Shown piece after piece: positions 48,730 through 61,254 of a DNA stretch of 64,000 nt. The DNA is taken from positions 61,752,001-61,816,000 of the forward strand of contig NC_043010.1 of assembly GCF_006345805.1 (NCBI RefSeq), written 5' to 3'. A program made the position numbers and the translations under genes. Below the pieces are notes generated by a model. That model was not told the origin of the DNA and searched no databases. It saw nothing but the letters and a program-made list of their open reading frames with translations. Numbering within the stretch: position 1 is the stretch's first letter; the number at the start of each line of letters is the position of its first letter. The stretch comes from Octopus sinensis (lineage: Eukaryota).

Positions 48730-48942
48730 AGTAATTTTCCTTGTATTGTTTGTCCTGTACTCTGTTTTTTCGTTGTTAAAAAAAGTCCGTTTCCTTGTTT
48801 GATTTTGTGTTTTCGTTTCGCGTAGTGTTCTATATTTATTTGTGGTGTCCTGTACTCATATATGCATGTATATATACATATAGATGTAAGTATGTACATA
48901 TATGTATATATGCATATGTTTTATCTATTATATATATATATC

Positions 48943-49105
48943 CAAAGTAAGCAACAAGAATATCTTCGGTAATTTGGTACGATCGTTTCACGCTACATCA
49001 TTTTATTAAACATTGTAAGTATTACATCAGTTTTAAAATGTTGAGCAATCATCAGCGTGAAACGATCGTACCAAATTACCGAAGATATTCTCGTTGCTTA
49101 CTTTG
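48943..49105. mobile_element. Penelope-type inverted fragment: 52-bp arms around a minus-strand hammerhead lacking its stem I 5' strand
   Basis: Arms 48943-48994 and 49054-49105 (1 mismatch); minus strand CTGATGA...long stem II...GAAAC-GATC-GTA. Confidence 0.75.
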
Positions 49106-49863
49106 ATTATCATCACCCCTTGGATTTATATGGATAACACCGTACAATATTCTGGTGCATCTGACTTAAGTACCATATTCATTTGAATCTAAATGTTGAT
49201 GAACTTATATATATATATTATATATATATATATACACAATAGTCTTTGTCTATTTTTATGTTGGCGTTCGGCAAGCATGGGAGGTAACTCTAGATATGTT
49301 TGGTTTTTATTAGACCTTATCAGCAAAGTATAGCTTTCATCCCAGATGCCAAAGAAACGATGAGAAATTCAGTAAGTGTGAATACAATAATGGTGATATT
49401 CTGGTTTCGGACTCTTTATAGCAATGATCGTCAATATTTTTTTCACCTCCAAGTGCACTGCGGATCAAAGAAAAACATTCCTGGTGCCCTTTGTAATGAA
49501 AGCTAAAAAAAAAGAAAATTGTTTAGAAGCTGCAAATTTTGGAAGAAAAAGATACAGAATATAATTCTATGAATCATTGTTTGATTCTAATAAAATAATG
49601 GATAACACGTTTTTCAAGGAGTTCAAACACAGTGTAACAGGCTGTGTGTGTGTGTGTGTGTGCGCGCCAGAGAGCGCGCAATTAGAAATAGCTATGTGCA
49701 AGTAAATGTTTGTTTTTACAAATTAGAGGAAAGGAAATGCTATCTATCAATCTATTGAGCAACCATCTTACTTAGATCGTGTTCGCGCCAAACACACATA
49801 TATGTATGTATATATATATACATACATATATATATGCGTGCGTGTGTGTGTGTATGTACACAC

Positions 49864-49917
<54 letters not shown>

Positions 49918-50344
49918 GAGTCGGCAACACAGCTAAATGGTCATTATTTGTTATAGCCGGTCTATAACAAACAACCTTTCAAATACACACATACACACGA
50001 TCGCGCGCATACACACATTTATATACATATACATATAATGAGTGTGAATGTATAATAAAAGTATTAGCCAGCAGTAAGAAAAAAAAAACAAAAAACGATT
50101 GAATACTTTTCTTTTTAACACTCAGGGAAGACATCGTCCTGTTACCTTTAAGATATTTGCAAACCAGCAACATTTGGAGACCCTGAGTGTGAAGAGATTG
50201 CAGAGTTATCTCCCTTAGGCTGACATTACCTCAATAGCAGACGGACTGTTGTGCAAATAACACAGTATTATTACTACCCCACTTGTTTCAACTACGGGGA
50301 ATTACCCTCTGCATGCATCTATCTATCTATCTATGTCATATATA

Positions 50345-50542
50345 TTACTCTTTTATTTGTTTCAGTCATTTGACTGCGGCCATGCTGGAGCACTGCCTTT
50401 AATCGAGCAACTCGACCCCGGGACTTATTCTTTTGTAAGCCCAGTACTTATTCTATCGGTCTCTTTTGCCGAACCGCTAAGTGACGGGGACGTAAACACA
50501 CCAGCAATGCTAGGGGGACAAACACAGACACACAAACATACA

Positions 50543-50582
<40 letters not shown>

Positions 50583-50743
50583 TACGACGGGCTTCTTTCA
50601 GTTTCCGTCTACCAAATCCACTCACAAGGCATTGGTCAGCCCGAGGCTATAGTAGAAGACACTTGCCCAAGGTGCCACGCAGTGGGACTGAACCCGGAAC
50701 CATGTGGTTGGTAAAGAAGCTACTTACCACACAGCCGCTCCTG
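50345..50743 (-). mobile_element. SINE family A, CpG-rich copy
   Basis: Reverse complement of 271-712. Confidence 0.88.
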
Positions 50744-50744
50744 T

Positions 50745-50970
50745 GAGTATAATATGTGACAATTTATTCGGTAGCCATGATAAAACTCGGAGTTTTGGAT
50801 GTCGGGGCGGAAACCCACGCCGCTATCTCTTCAGTTATCCGGCCATCGAAAAATTGCTGGCTTAATAAGGTCTGTAATTTTCTCCAAAAGTTTCTTAGAG
50901 TATAGTTCCCTTGACGGTATAGGTATGTTTTTCATAGAATGATCGATGTTGTAGGCGTCCATAATATCGA
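50745..50970 (-). mobile_element. Penelope-like element deletion derivative: ORF N-terminus (50831-50962) joined to a hammerhead motif (50779-50839)
   Basis: MDAYNIDHSMKNIPIPSRELYSKKLLEKITDLIK resembles PLE ORF starts (recall); GATAA-CTGAAGA-...-[A]AAAC-TCCGA-GTT-TTATC with G12 mutated. Confidence 0.65.
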
Positions 50971-51436
50971 TGTCTCTTTCATTCTTTTGTCGTCTTACCA
51001 CTTCTATTAATATATATATATATATTATACATGTTGTTTACACATACATACATTTTAAACGTCAGCATTTTTTCTGCGACAGACCATTTGGAAGTTTTTC
51101 ACCTGTTCATTCTTACTTCAGGAACCAAATAAAAGATGAAGAAAATAGCAAATTTCGGCAATCAAAGCAGCAGTAAACTCCCCCCTCCCCGCAAAAAAAA
51201 AAAACCCAATCAAGTATTTGACCGAATGGGTGCAAGAGACGTTCTGGCGTCGCTGATTCTATGCTCACTATTTGGCATCAAACGTTTTAATGTTTCTTTC
51301 TTTCTCTATCTTCTTATGTATGTGAACATATTTCTCTATGTGTATGAGGGGAAGGAAAGAGTCTTTATATTAATCGTGTTCAATTAATAAACTGTTATGT
51401 CTCTCTTTCCCTATCTGTCTATCTTATTTCATTTTT

Positions 51437-51654
51437 ATTTCTTTACTGCCCACAAGGGGCTACACACAGAGGAGACAAACAGGGACAGACAAACGGATTA
51501 CGACACCAGTGCGTAACTGGTACTTAATTTATCGACCCCAAAAGGATGAAAGGCAAAGTTGACCTCGGCGAAATTTGAACTCAGAACATAACGGCAGACG
51601 AAATACCGCTAAGCATTTCGCCTGGCGTGCTAACGTTTCTGCCAGCTCGCCGCC
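51437..51654 (-). mobile_element. SINE family B long unit
   Basis: Reverse complement of 978-1215. Confidence 0.85.
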
Positions 51655-52647
51655 AGTCTGTGTATATTTCTGTGTGTGTATTTGTATGTGTGTTTGCTTC
51701 TAGCGCCAAAAACCACTGTAACTCAAAAAAGCAGAATATCCTGTCAGCCATGCCAAATCCTCAGCGTCCAAACGACTCCGCCCAATCGTCTCAGGCTGGG
51801 GTGGTGGTCATCGATAAACATACAGCACAAAATTACTTGTAAAGGTTTTGTAGAAAAAAACCTAAGTGTTGAAGATGAGGAAGATCACAGACAACCATCA
51901 GCGAATGACAACACAAAAGAGAACCGTTATTGAAGGGAAACCAAAAGAACTTGAGTGGGCGAAGAAGAACTAAATGCTGACCACTCTTGAGTTGGTCTGC
52001 ATTTAATCAACATTACTTAGATCTCATTCTGTCCTGAACTCCAGGACTCTTAAGGTCAGAGCTTAACCATGTTTCCATGGGCCTAATTGACTGGGGTTAT
52101 GACAGTCTCACTTCCTGAAGCTACCCTGATGCTGGTTCATCGCAGGATTAACTGCCAGTTTATTGCCGGAACTTATCTATAGTTGAATGGACAAGAACAA
52201 CAAAATACGGCATGGGATTCAAGCCAACTACCACACCATCATGCAAGCAACACCCCTTAACCACATGGCCATACAATTTCAAATGGAAAATAGGATGTAA
52301 ACTAATGAAAAATAAAAAAGAACTTTCACAAATAGGCGCCAGATGAACTGAATATTCTTCTTTTTCCCTTTTACCCATCTTATTTTCTAATCCTTTCTCC
52401 TATCTCTCTCTCTCTGACACCCAAACACAAAACCCATCTATGTCCATCATACTTTCTCACTCTATATACACACATTTACAATATGAATTCATTATTCTGA
52501 ATACTGCCTGGAAGTACCGACCAGCATCCATATCCTCTGGAAAAAGATGAGTTGTGAACATTATTCTTCTAACTACTTTTACTCTTTATTCTTTTATTTT
52601 ATTCCCTACAAACTGTAAATCTTCCCCATCTAAAATATTCATACCTT

Positions 52648-52688
52648 GTCTCTGATGACTTGGGTTATCCCAGAAACGGCTGTAAGGC
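52648..52688 (+). ncRNA. Type I minimal hammerhead motif
   Basis: GTCT-CTGATGA-CT-TGGG-TTAT-CCCA-GAAAC-GGCT-GTA-AGGC. Confidence 0.65.
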
Positions 52689-53774
52689 TTTGAATTCACC
52701 TTACCCTAATTAAATTATTCTAAATGACTTGAGATACTCGTTCTGCCTGGTGTTGATTTTCCCTCTAGTATTAATATATCCCTCTTAGAACGGAACCCCA
52801 ATACAGATCCATAGATACAGCTTTAGCTGTAATCTTGGAACCTAATGGTTGACCAACTATAGCACTTACTCAGCATACCTATTCATTTAGATCACAAGGA
52901 AATTAAACCCCTTATATTCTACAAATGAATGTGTGTGTTTGTATGTATGCACACACATATAACAACAGGCCTTTGCACACTTCACAATGAATGTAAATGT
53001 TGATGCTTACCACAGCACACAAATCCTCTCTATATATTTGTGTGTGCAGATTAATTGCTAGTTTTCGTGTGTATCTTGCAAATAAAAAATGAATATCGAT
53101 TTTGCCCCGTGTGTAAATAAGTTAAACGATGGGGACTCTGTAAAATAAGACGGATGCCTTTGAATCCTTCCACACTTAACCCACCCCTCCCCACCTTACC
53201 AAGATTCTTCCTATTCACTTCTCCCAATCACCTTTATCTCTCTCTCCTGATGCTCTCACCTTCCTCTTAAATATGCTAGTAAATCTGATTAACTCACTGA
53301 TCCACACTTCCTTCTCACATACATCCAAGCAAGATCTTTTATGCGTTCCGTACCCGTTGTCAAACTTGTCCAGTTATTCCAAACATCATCTTTGCTGAAC
53401 TTCACAATTCCCCCGCTCCGTTTCGCAGACCAGTTCACTTCAATAACTGTCAATAACCTGTCGGGAGACTGCTGGGAATTCGTAAGAATCATCGACTTCT
53501 CGTTTCAAATAGTTCTTGCCAATCGGCAGAATAGTTTTACTTTATTCAGAATGTGACACAACTGTGTCCATCATTTGCGACAAGGTAAGAATTCTGTTCA
53601 CATTACAGAATCCCCACCCACATCTTGTTTGTGTACCAAAGATGGTTATCTCTGTGGCAACAGTAGAGTTCTGGCTTCCTTACAGGTAATACTTCCATTT
53701 CCCTCCAGGTTCACTTCAAGTTATCTTCATTCTACCTTTTCTTCCCATGTTTTGAAGACATTTATCCATTAAAT

Positions 53775-53988
53775 GTGGAAGTGTGTGGCTTAGAGTGATG
53801 CACTCATGGTCGTAAGATTGTGGTTTCAATTCCTGGACTGGGCGATGTGTTGTGTTCTTGAGGGAAACACTTCATTTCTCTCGGATGGCAAAAACGAGTC
53901 ATACCAATAATTCAAAGGGGTTGTCTGCCTTGTCGTATTCTGTGTCACACTGAATCTCCGAGAACTACATTAAGGGTACATGTGGCTG
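53775..53988 (+). mobile_element. Old SINE with a family D-like head and a family C tail segment
   Basis: Head similar to 3705; TGTGTCACACTGAATCTCCGAGAACTACATTAAGGGTACA matches 8577-8620. Confidence 0.6.
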
Positions 53989-54195
53989 AAAGGGAAGAGA
54001 GAGAAAGAGAGAAAGGAAAGAGAGAGAAAGAGAAAGGAAAGGAAAGAGAAAGAGAGAAAGGAAGGGAAGAGAAAGAGAGAAAAAGGAAGAAAGCAGAGAG
54101 AAAAGAAAAAGAGAAAGGAAAAAAGGGAAGAGAGAGAAAGGAAGCAGAGAGAAAAGAAGAAAGAGAAGAGAGAAAGGAAGAAAAGAAAGAGAAGA
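53989..54195. repeat. Polypurine (GA-rich) low-complexity tract
   Basis: Almost only A and G over about 200 bp. Confidence 0.95.
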
Positions 54196-55412
54196 CCTGC
54201 AAAACATGAAATATTAACAAGGGAGAGGAAAACATTAAATCCAGAAGCTACAAGTGAGTAAAAAGGGATGTTGTGGTGTTCATGGCTTTCCCTTGAACAT
54301 CCGTGATGGAAGTTGTCCTTGCTTCACAGAAGGATCAGCTCAGTGAGACCCTACGACTGCAATACGGCCCTCAGTTTTGGTAGGAAACCAATCAATTTAG
54401 GGAGAAAGACTAAGTTGATTGCTTGGGCTCTGGTTCTTTAGTTTACCAACCCCAAAAAGCATGACGGACATGTTCACCTTGGCTACAAGGTGCATTTGAA
54501 GTGAGAATCTAGAGAGTCGGTGGAACTGTTAAGCAATTTGTCCAACGATTCTGCCAGAATGTTGCCCTTAAGAATGGCTTTTGATTAAGGGACAAGGCCA
54601 ACAAGTTTAGGGGGGAAGGGGTTAGCACAAAGCATCAACCCAGTACTCTAAAGGCACTTTATATCAACCGTGGGAAGATGAAAGGCAAAGCTGACCGAGA
54701 CAGGACTTCAACTGAGTGTAAAAAACTGGGAAAAATACTACGTGTGTGTCTGTGTTTGTCCCCCTAGCATTGCTTGACAACCGATGCTGGTGTGTTTACG
54801 TCTCCGTCACTTAGCGGTTCGGCAAAAGAGACCGATAGAATAAGTACTGGGCTTACAAAGAATAAGTTCTGGGGTCGATTTGCTCGACTAAAGGCGGTGC
54901 TCCAGCATGACCGCAGTCAAATGACTGATACAAGTAAAAGAGAGAGTATAAATAATAATAATAATCCTTTCTACTATATGCAGAAAGCCTGAAATACCAG
55001 GGGAAGGTGATAGTTGATTACATCAACCCCAGAGTTTAACTGGTACTTAATTTATTGATCCCCAAAAGAATGAAAGGCGAAGTCGACCTCGGTGGAATTT
55101 GAACTCAGAATGTAGCGGCAGGCAAAATATTGCTAAGCATTTTGTCCAGCATGCTAAGGATTCTGCCAAGCTTGCCACTTTTAATGGTTTCAAATTTTGG
55201 CACAAGGCCAGCAATTTTGGGGGAGGGGACTCGTTGATTACGCCGACCCCAGTGTTTCACTGGTACTTATTTTATCGACCCCAAAAAGATGAAAAGTAAA
55301 GTCAACCTTGGCGGCATTTAAACTAAGAACGTAGGGGCAGACAAAATGCTCAGCATTTGGTTCAGCATGCTCACATTTCTGGCAGTCTGCAGCCTTAATA
55401 TAAATAAATAAT

Positions 55413-55770
55413 AATAAGAGTACTCAGAGAGCCCAAACCTCCACCAACGTCCTCTCAATGATTTGCCAGAGATGATTTTTAAATTGAGTATATCTGAAAT
55501 AAACTTGATTGTTCTCACAAACAAGAATACTAAAAATGAAATGCAACTGCTCTCAAAAATTAAGTAAAAAAAACAACAAAAATACAGGCAAAATAATCCA
55601 GAATCCTTGTCCGGTACCAGATCGATCCCAAAATCTAATCAGTTCATGCCGGTCACGAGGCCAAAGTTTCATCCGAATCCATCCAGCAGTTCTTGAGATA
55701 TCTTCTTCAAGGACAAGCAAACAAATACGACTGAAAACAACACCTCTGCCTTCGCTGAGGCTGAGGTAAT
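55413..55770 (+). mobile_element. Helentron-associated (HINE/DINE-like) non-autonomous element
   Basis: 5' AATAAGAG...AAACCTCCACC and 3' hairpin ACCTCTGCCTTCGCTGAGGCTGAGGT followed by AAT. Confidence 0.5.
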
Positions 55771-56695
55771 AATTCACATTACTACAAGGCAAAAACTGTT
55801 GGTGGGAGGGAAAAGCATAGTCAAATAACACTGAAACCCAAAATATAACTGGTACTTATTAATTTTATTGACCCCAGAGATATTAAAATAATAATAAAAA
55901 AAAAAAAGAAAAATCTCAAAGTTCAAATCCATCAGAACTTGAACCCAGAACATAGCAGGATGAAACTAAATACTGTAAGGCATTTGATGAGGTGTTGGTG
56001 TCATCAATGGTTTGTAAGATAGGCACAAGGTCACAGGGTGGGGGCAGTGCTGATCAAATCAGTCCCAGGTTGATAAAAAGGCAAAGTTGACCTCAGCAGG
56101 GATTGAACTCAAAACAAAGACTTAATTAGAAAACATGTCTGTTACTTACCAATTTTACCACCCCACAATACTACTACTACTGCTACTACTACTAATAATA
56201 ATGGCTTCAAATTTTGGCCCACGGCCAGCAGTTTTGGGGAAGGGGCTAAGTTGATTAAATGAAACCCCAGAGCTCAATTGGGACTTATTTTATTGACCCC
56301 CCCACCCCCGGAAAGGCAAAGTTCACCCCAGTGGAATTTAAACTTAGAACATAAAGATGAACGAAATGACCAAGCATCTTGTCCGGCATGCAAACGATTC
56401 CGCCAGCTCACCACCTCAGCAACAACAATAATAATAATAAAAAATAATAATAATAATAGTATTAGTAGTTGTTGTTTTTGATTTAGACACAAAACGAGCA
56501 GTTTCCAAGGAAGGGAGGTTAGTCAATAACACTGACCCCAGTACTTGAGACCAGTACACAATTTTATGGACCCCAAAACAATGAAAGGCAAAGGTGACCT
56601 TCATGGGATTAGAACTCAGAACGTAAAATTACCAGAGGAAATACCATTATGTATTTTCTCTGACATGCTAACAAATGTGCCAAGTTGCTGTCTGA

Positions 56696-56925
56696 TTAAC
56701 CCCTTCGTTACCATATTTCTGTTGAGATGCTCTGTGTTTCTTTCAATTAATTTTAAATATAACAAAGAATTTAGTTAAATAACTTTGTTATCATTCAGCT
56801 AGTGTTAGGAACATAAATTGTGACTAAGGTTTGGTGGAAGATTTCAATTCAAAACGTATGAAAACAAGACATTTGTTCTACAGAGCCAGAGATGGTTTCA
56901 GCCGGGTTGGTATCAAAAGGGTTAA
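56696..56925. mobile_element. piggyBac-type MITE family 1, copy 3
   Basis: TTAA|CCCCTTCGTTAC ... GTATCAAAAGGG|TTAA, homologous to 25175-25404. Confidence 0.8.
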
Positions 56926-57121
56926 TAAATGATAACGATCCTTTGTACTATAGGCACAAAGCTGGAAGTATTGGGGGAGGGGGGTAGTTAATTATATCGA
57001 CCCTGAAAGGATGAAAGGCAAAGTCGACCTTGGCAAAATTTGAACTCAGAACATGAAGACGGATGAAGTGTGCTGCTGAGCATTTTGCCCAGCACTCTAA
57101 CGATTCTGCCAGCTTGCCCTC

Positions 57122-57161
<40 letters not shown>

Positions 57162-57909
57162 AATCCTTTCTACTATAGGCACAAGGCCTGCAATTTGGCA
57201 GGAGGGGGACTAGTCGATCACGTCGACCCCGGTATTTCACTGGTACTTAATTTATTGACCCCAGAAGGATGAAAGGCAAAGTCAACCTTGGCAGAATTTG
57301 AACTCAGAACGTGAGGACGGACAAAGTACTGCCAAACATTTTCACAATAAATAATAATATTAATTCTTTGCAATTTTGGCACAAGGCCAACGGATTACAT
57401 TGAGGCCCCCAGTGCATGACTGCTACTTATTTTATTGACCCTGAAGGGATGAGAAGCAAAGTTGACATTGGTGAGAGTTGAGCTCAGAACTTAAGGAGCT
57501 GCGAGAAACATTGTTATTATTTTAACCTTTAGCTTTTCCAGCAGCCATGTCTGGCATCTCACACCTATCCTACAATGTTATCTTAACAATAATCACATAA
57601 TCAAAAATCTTGAAGCTACAAAGATTAATTTTTGATCAATTCCAAAAAAATAATGTGAAAAAATAAAACTGAAATTTGACAGAATAACCTGAATGCCGAA
57701 GGGTCCATACTCAGAGACATTTTGTCCAGCGTTCTTAAGATTTCTAACTTCAGTTTAAGGCCTCCAGCTGAGACGAGAAATAACGGAAGTAGAACGAGAG
57801 GCAGTAACCATTTAGTTCATATTTAATCACCTTGCTTCTCCCCCCACCCATCTCTGAAATACAAGGCAAGGCTGACCTTGATCAAGTTTTCAAAAATAAA
57901 TATTATCAT

Positions 57910-58710
57910 AGGCGCAGGGGTGGCTGTGTGGTAAGTAGCTTGCTTACCAACCACATGGTTCCGGGTTCAGTCCAACTGCATGGCACCATGGGCAAGTGTC
58001 TTCTACTATAGCCTTGAGCCAACCAAAGCCTTGTGAGTGGATTTGGTAGATGGAAACTGAAAGAAGCCCATTGTATATATATACATATGTGTGTGTGTGT
58101 GTGCGTGAATGTGTTTGCCCCCTCAACATCGCTTGACAACCGATGCTGGTGTGCTTACGTCCCCTTAACTTAGTGGTTCAGCAAAAAAGCCCAATATAAA
58201 GAATAACTCTTGGGGTCGATTTGCTTGACTAAAGGCGGTGCTCCAGCATGGCTGCAGTCAAATGACTGAAAAGAATAAAAGAATAACAGAAACAGTTGTT
58301 ATGGCTGCATGATGAAGAAGTTTGCTTTGCAGTCACAGGGTTTCAAGTTCAATCCCAAAGCTCAGTATCTTGGGAAATTGTTATAATTTAGCCACGGGCT
58401 GACCGATGCCTTGTGAGTGAATTTGGTAGATGGAAACAGTGTGGAAGTCTATTTGATATGTATGTGTGTATGTGTGCGTGTGTGGTGTTTGTGTTTCCCC
58501 AACACCACTGCTTGGCAACCGGTGGTGGTTTGTTTACATCCCCATAAACTTTGTGGTTTGGCAAAAAAGAGACCAACAGAATAGGCACCAGACTTTAAAT
58601 AAGTACTGAGATCAATTTGTTTCACTAAACCTATCGAGGCATTGCTCCAGCATGGCCAGGATTCAATGACCAAAGCAAGTGAAAAAAAAAAAATCAACGA
58701 ATAAAAGAAT
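57910..58710 (+). mobile_element. Two tandem SINE family A copies (57910-58285 and an older one at 58300-58710)
   Basis: Similarity to 271-712. Confidence 0.8.
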
Positions 58711-60530
58711 CTAAACAAACAAATAATAATCCTTTCTACTTTGGGTACAAATTTTGGGTTATGGGGCTTGTTGATTGCATTGACCCCAGTACGTAACTGG
58801 TACTAATTTTATTGACCCCCAAAAGGATGAAAAGCAAAACTGACCTCAGCAGAATTTGAACTCAGGACGTAAAGACAGACAAAATGTCGCTAAGCATTTT
58901 GCCCAGCATGCTAACGATTCTGCCAGCTTAATTATTAATAAAAATAATAATAATAATCCTTTCTACTATTGGCACAAAGCCTGGAATTTGTGGGGAGGGG
59001 GATAGTCGATCACATCAACCCCCCCAGTACTCGACTGGTACTTAATTTATTGACCCTCCCCCACAAAGGATGAAAGATAAAGTGGACCTTGGTGGAATTT
59101 GAACCTGAAACATCAAGACAGCTTTTTGCCTGGTGTGCTAACGATTCTGCTGGCTCACCGCCTTAATTAATTAATTAATAATAATAATAATAATGCTTTC
59201 TTATAGAGGCAGAAGATGATCACATCAATCCCAGTACTTCACTCATACCTTATTTTCATTGACCCTGGAAGGATGAAAAGCAAAGTTGACTTCAACAGGA
59301 TTTGAACTCAAGACATAGGAAGCCAGAACAAATACAGCTAGGCAATTTGCCCAATGTCTTAATGGATTCTGTCAGCTACCTTCCTCCTCCTCTTCCTCAC
59401 ACTTGCGACAGTGGTGGTGGTGGCAGCAGTGGTGCGTCTGCAATAGTTTGATGAAGATGCACTCGTTTGATTTTAACTGAATTACCTGCTCCTGAAATAA
59501 GCCGTAAGCAGCCATGTACTCAGTGCAGTTTTCCTCTTTACAATTTCACCCACAAGGTATGGCAGGGGGGGGGGGAGGGCAACAGAAAAATGACATTTGT
59601 ATGAGGTGCCTTGTATTGGGGATGAACACGAGACTCCATAACTGGGAGACAAACTTCGTAACCGTTTGGGCCCTCCTGGGCCTCCAGCTGTAATATGACT
59701 GTGATAGTTGTAGTAAAGCAGAACTGCCAGGATTATGACAGACAGATAGAAGTACACCATAATGATAAGACTTCTTTTTTTCAATCAACAAAAAAAAAAA
59801 AAAAAGAATCACTCCTCACCCCCTCTCTAGAAAGAACAACAACAAGACTACTATTCGGTTCCACACCCCAGGGTGGAGGAGTAGGAGGAGGAAAGTAAGT
59901 AAACATCTACACACCCACCACTGCTGCCAGCATCACCACTATTTACCCTTGAAGTGTCTTCCAATGTTTGCATAGAGAGAGAAAGAAAGAAAGAGAGAGA
60001 GGGGTCTTGGAAAAAGACCCTCAGGGGCCCCGGGCCAGGCTGGAAGCAGACAAAATTGGGAGGAGGACAAATGAAGGACTACATTGAAATAAATACAGCT
60101 AGGGGTGTGGGTCCCCCATCCCAACCTCAGTGACAAAGGGGCTAGTCAGGACTGCAGGGTTCACCTGAAAGCCTCACACACACACACTGGATTTTTTGAC
60201 ACCTTTGATAGTTAATAAAATGTCTGTTTATACATGCGTATGAAGTGTGTGTGTCACACATTTGAACATTTGATAAATTACAAAACTGAAGTGAAGTACA
60301 ACTTGTATGTACGTTTGCCTGTGTGTTTATGCGGGTGTTTAAAGGTGTGTATATATAGTTAATGTGTACATGCATGATTCAGTTAAATGTGTGTATACAT
60401 GTAAACACATTTACATATACAAATGCACGTTCATGCTTCTATGTGTGTGTGTATATATAAATGTATGTATATGTGTGCGTGTGTATTATATATATATATA
60501 TACATATACACACACATACATACATACATA

Positions 60531-60583
<53 letters not shown>

Positions 60584-60738
60584 AAATAAGAAAATGGAGA
60601 AATACACCTTAATCAATAATCAACTACCAGATAATACCCAATCATTTATGTATTAACTTTGTAGGGTGCTGTACTGGCAGTATATTGGATATTTGTTATC
60701 CCATAGTGGGTTGCACTCACAACCCCTATCTCAATTTG

Positions 60739-60772
<34 letters not shown>

Positions 60773-60874
60773 TACATACACATATATATATATGCTAATG
60801 CTTGTTTTTATGTTATAATAAAGACCATTTTTACATTAATCTGATGGTTCACTCTATACTTTTGTAGAGCACAA

Positions 60875-61020
60875 ATTTATTATTTTTAGACAAGAAGGTT
60901 GTTGACAGTGACTTTGAAGTTTCAAACAGTCAAGCCATCATCGGCAATCCAATGATGGCTTAAACGGCTGACACCTCAAAGTTGCTGTCAATAGCCTTCT
61001 TGCTTAAGAATAACAAATAT
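60875..61020. repeat. Long imperfect hairpin (~70-bp arms, 4-nt loop)
   Basis: CAAGAAGGTTGTTGACAGTGACTTTGA...GCCATCATCGG-CAAT-CCAATGATGGC...TCAAAGTTGCTGTCAATAGCCTTCTTG. Confidence 0.85.
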
Positions 61021-61030
61021 ATACAAATAC

Positions 61031-61061
<31 letters not shown>

Positions 61062-61221
61062 GCCATCTTTGATGGGAGAATCCCTCATACGTGTGTGTGT
61101 GTGTGTGTATTTCCCTCTGATGCTATCTTGCAGCCAACGGGTGCATAGACAAAACATGTACAGTAATTAGGTGACATCAATAGTGTCTACATTATTATAG
61201 CTGCTTAATATTCAAATTTTA

Positions 61222-61254
<33 letters not shown>

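Larger units (their letters stand above)
54560..59380 (-). mobile_element. Dense array of more than 10 co-oriented SINE family B short units, interleaved with other elements
   Basis: Repeated CTGGTACTTAATTTATTGACCCC..AAAGGATGAAAGGCAAAGTyGACCT..GAATTTGAACTCAG separated by (AAT)n. Confidence 0.8.

Noticed and set aside
53945-54261. Charged and hydrophobic ORFs
   Set aside because: They are translations of the polypurine tract.
59480-60200. GC-richer unique block with splice-donor-like words
   Set aside because: I found no consistent acceptor/donor pair or credible ORF.
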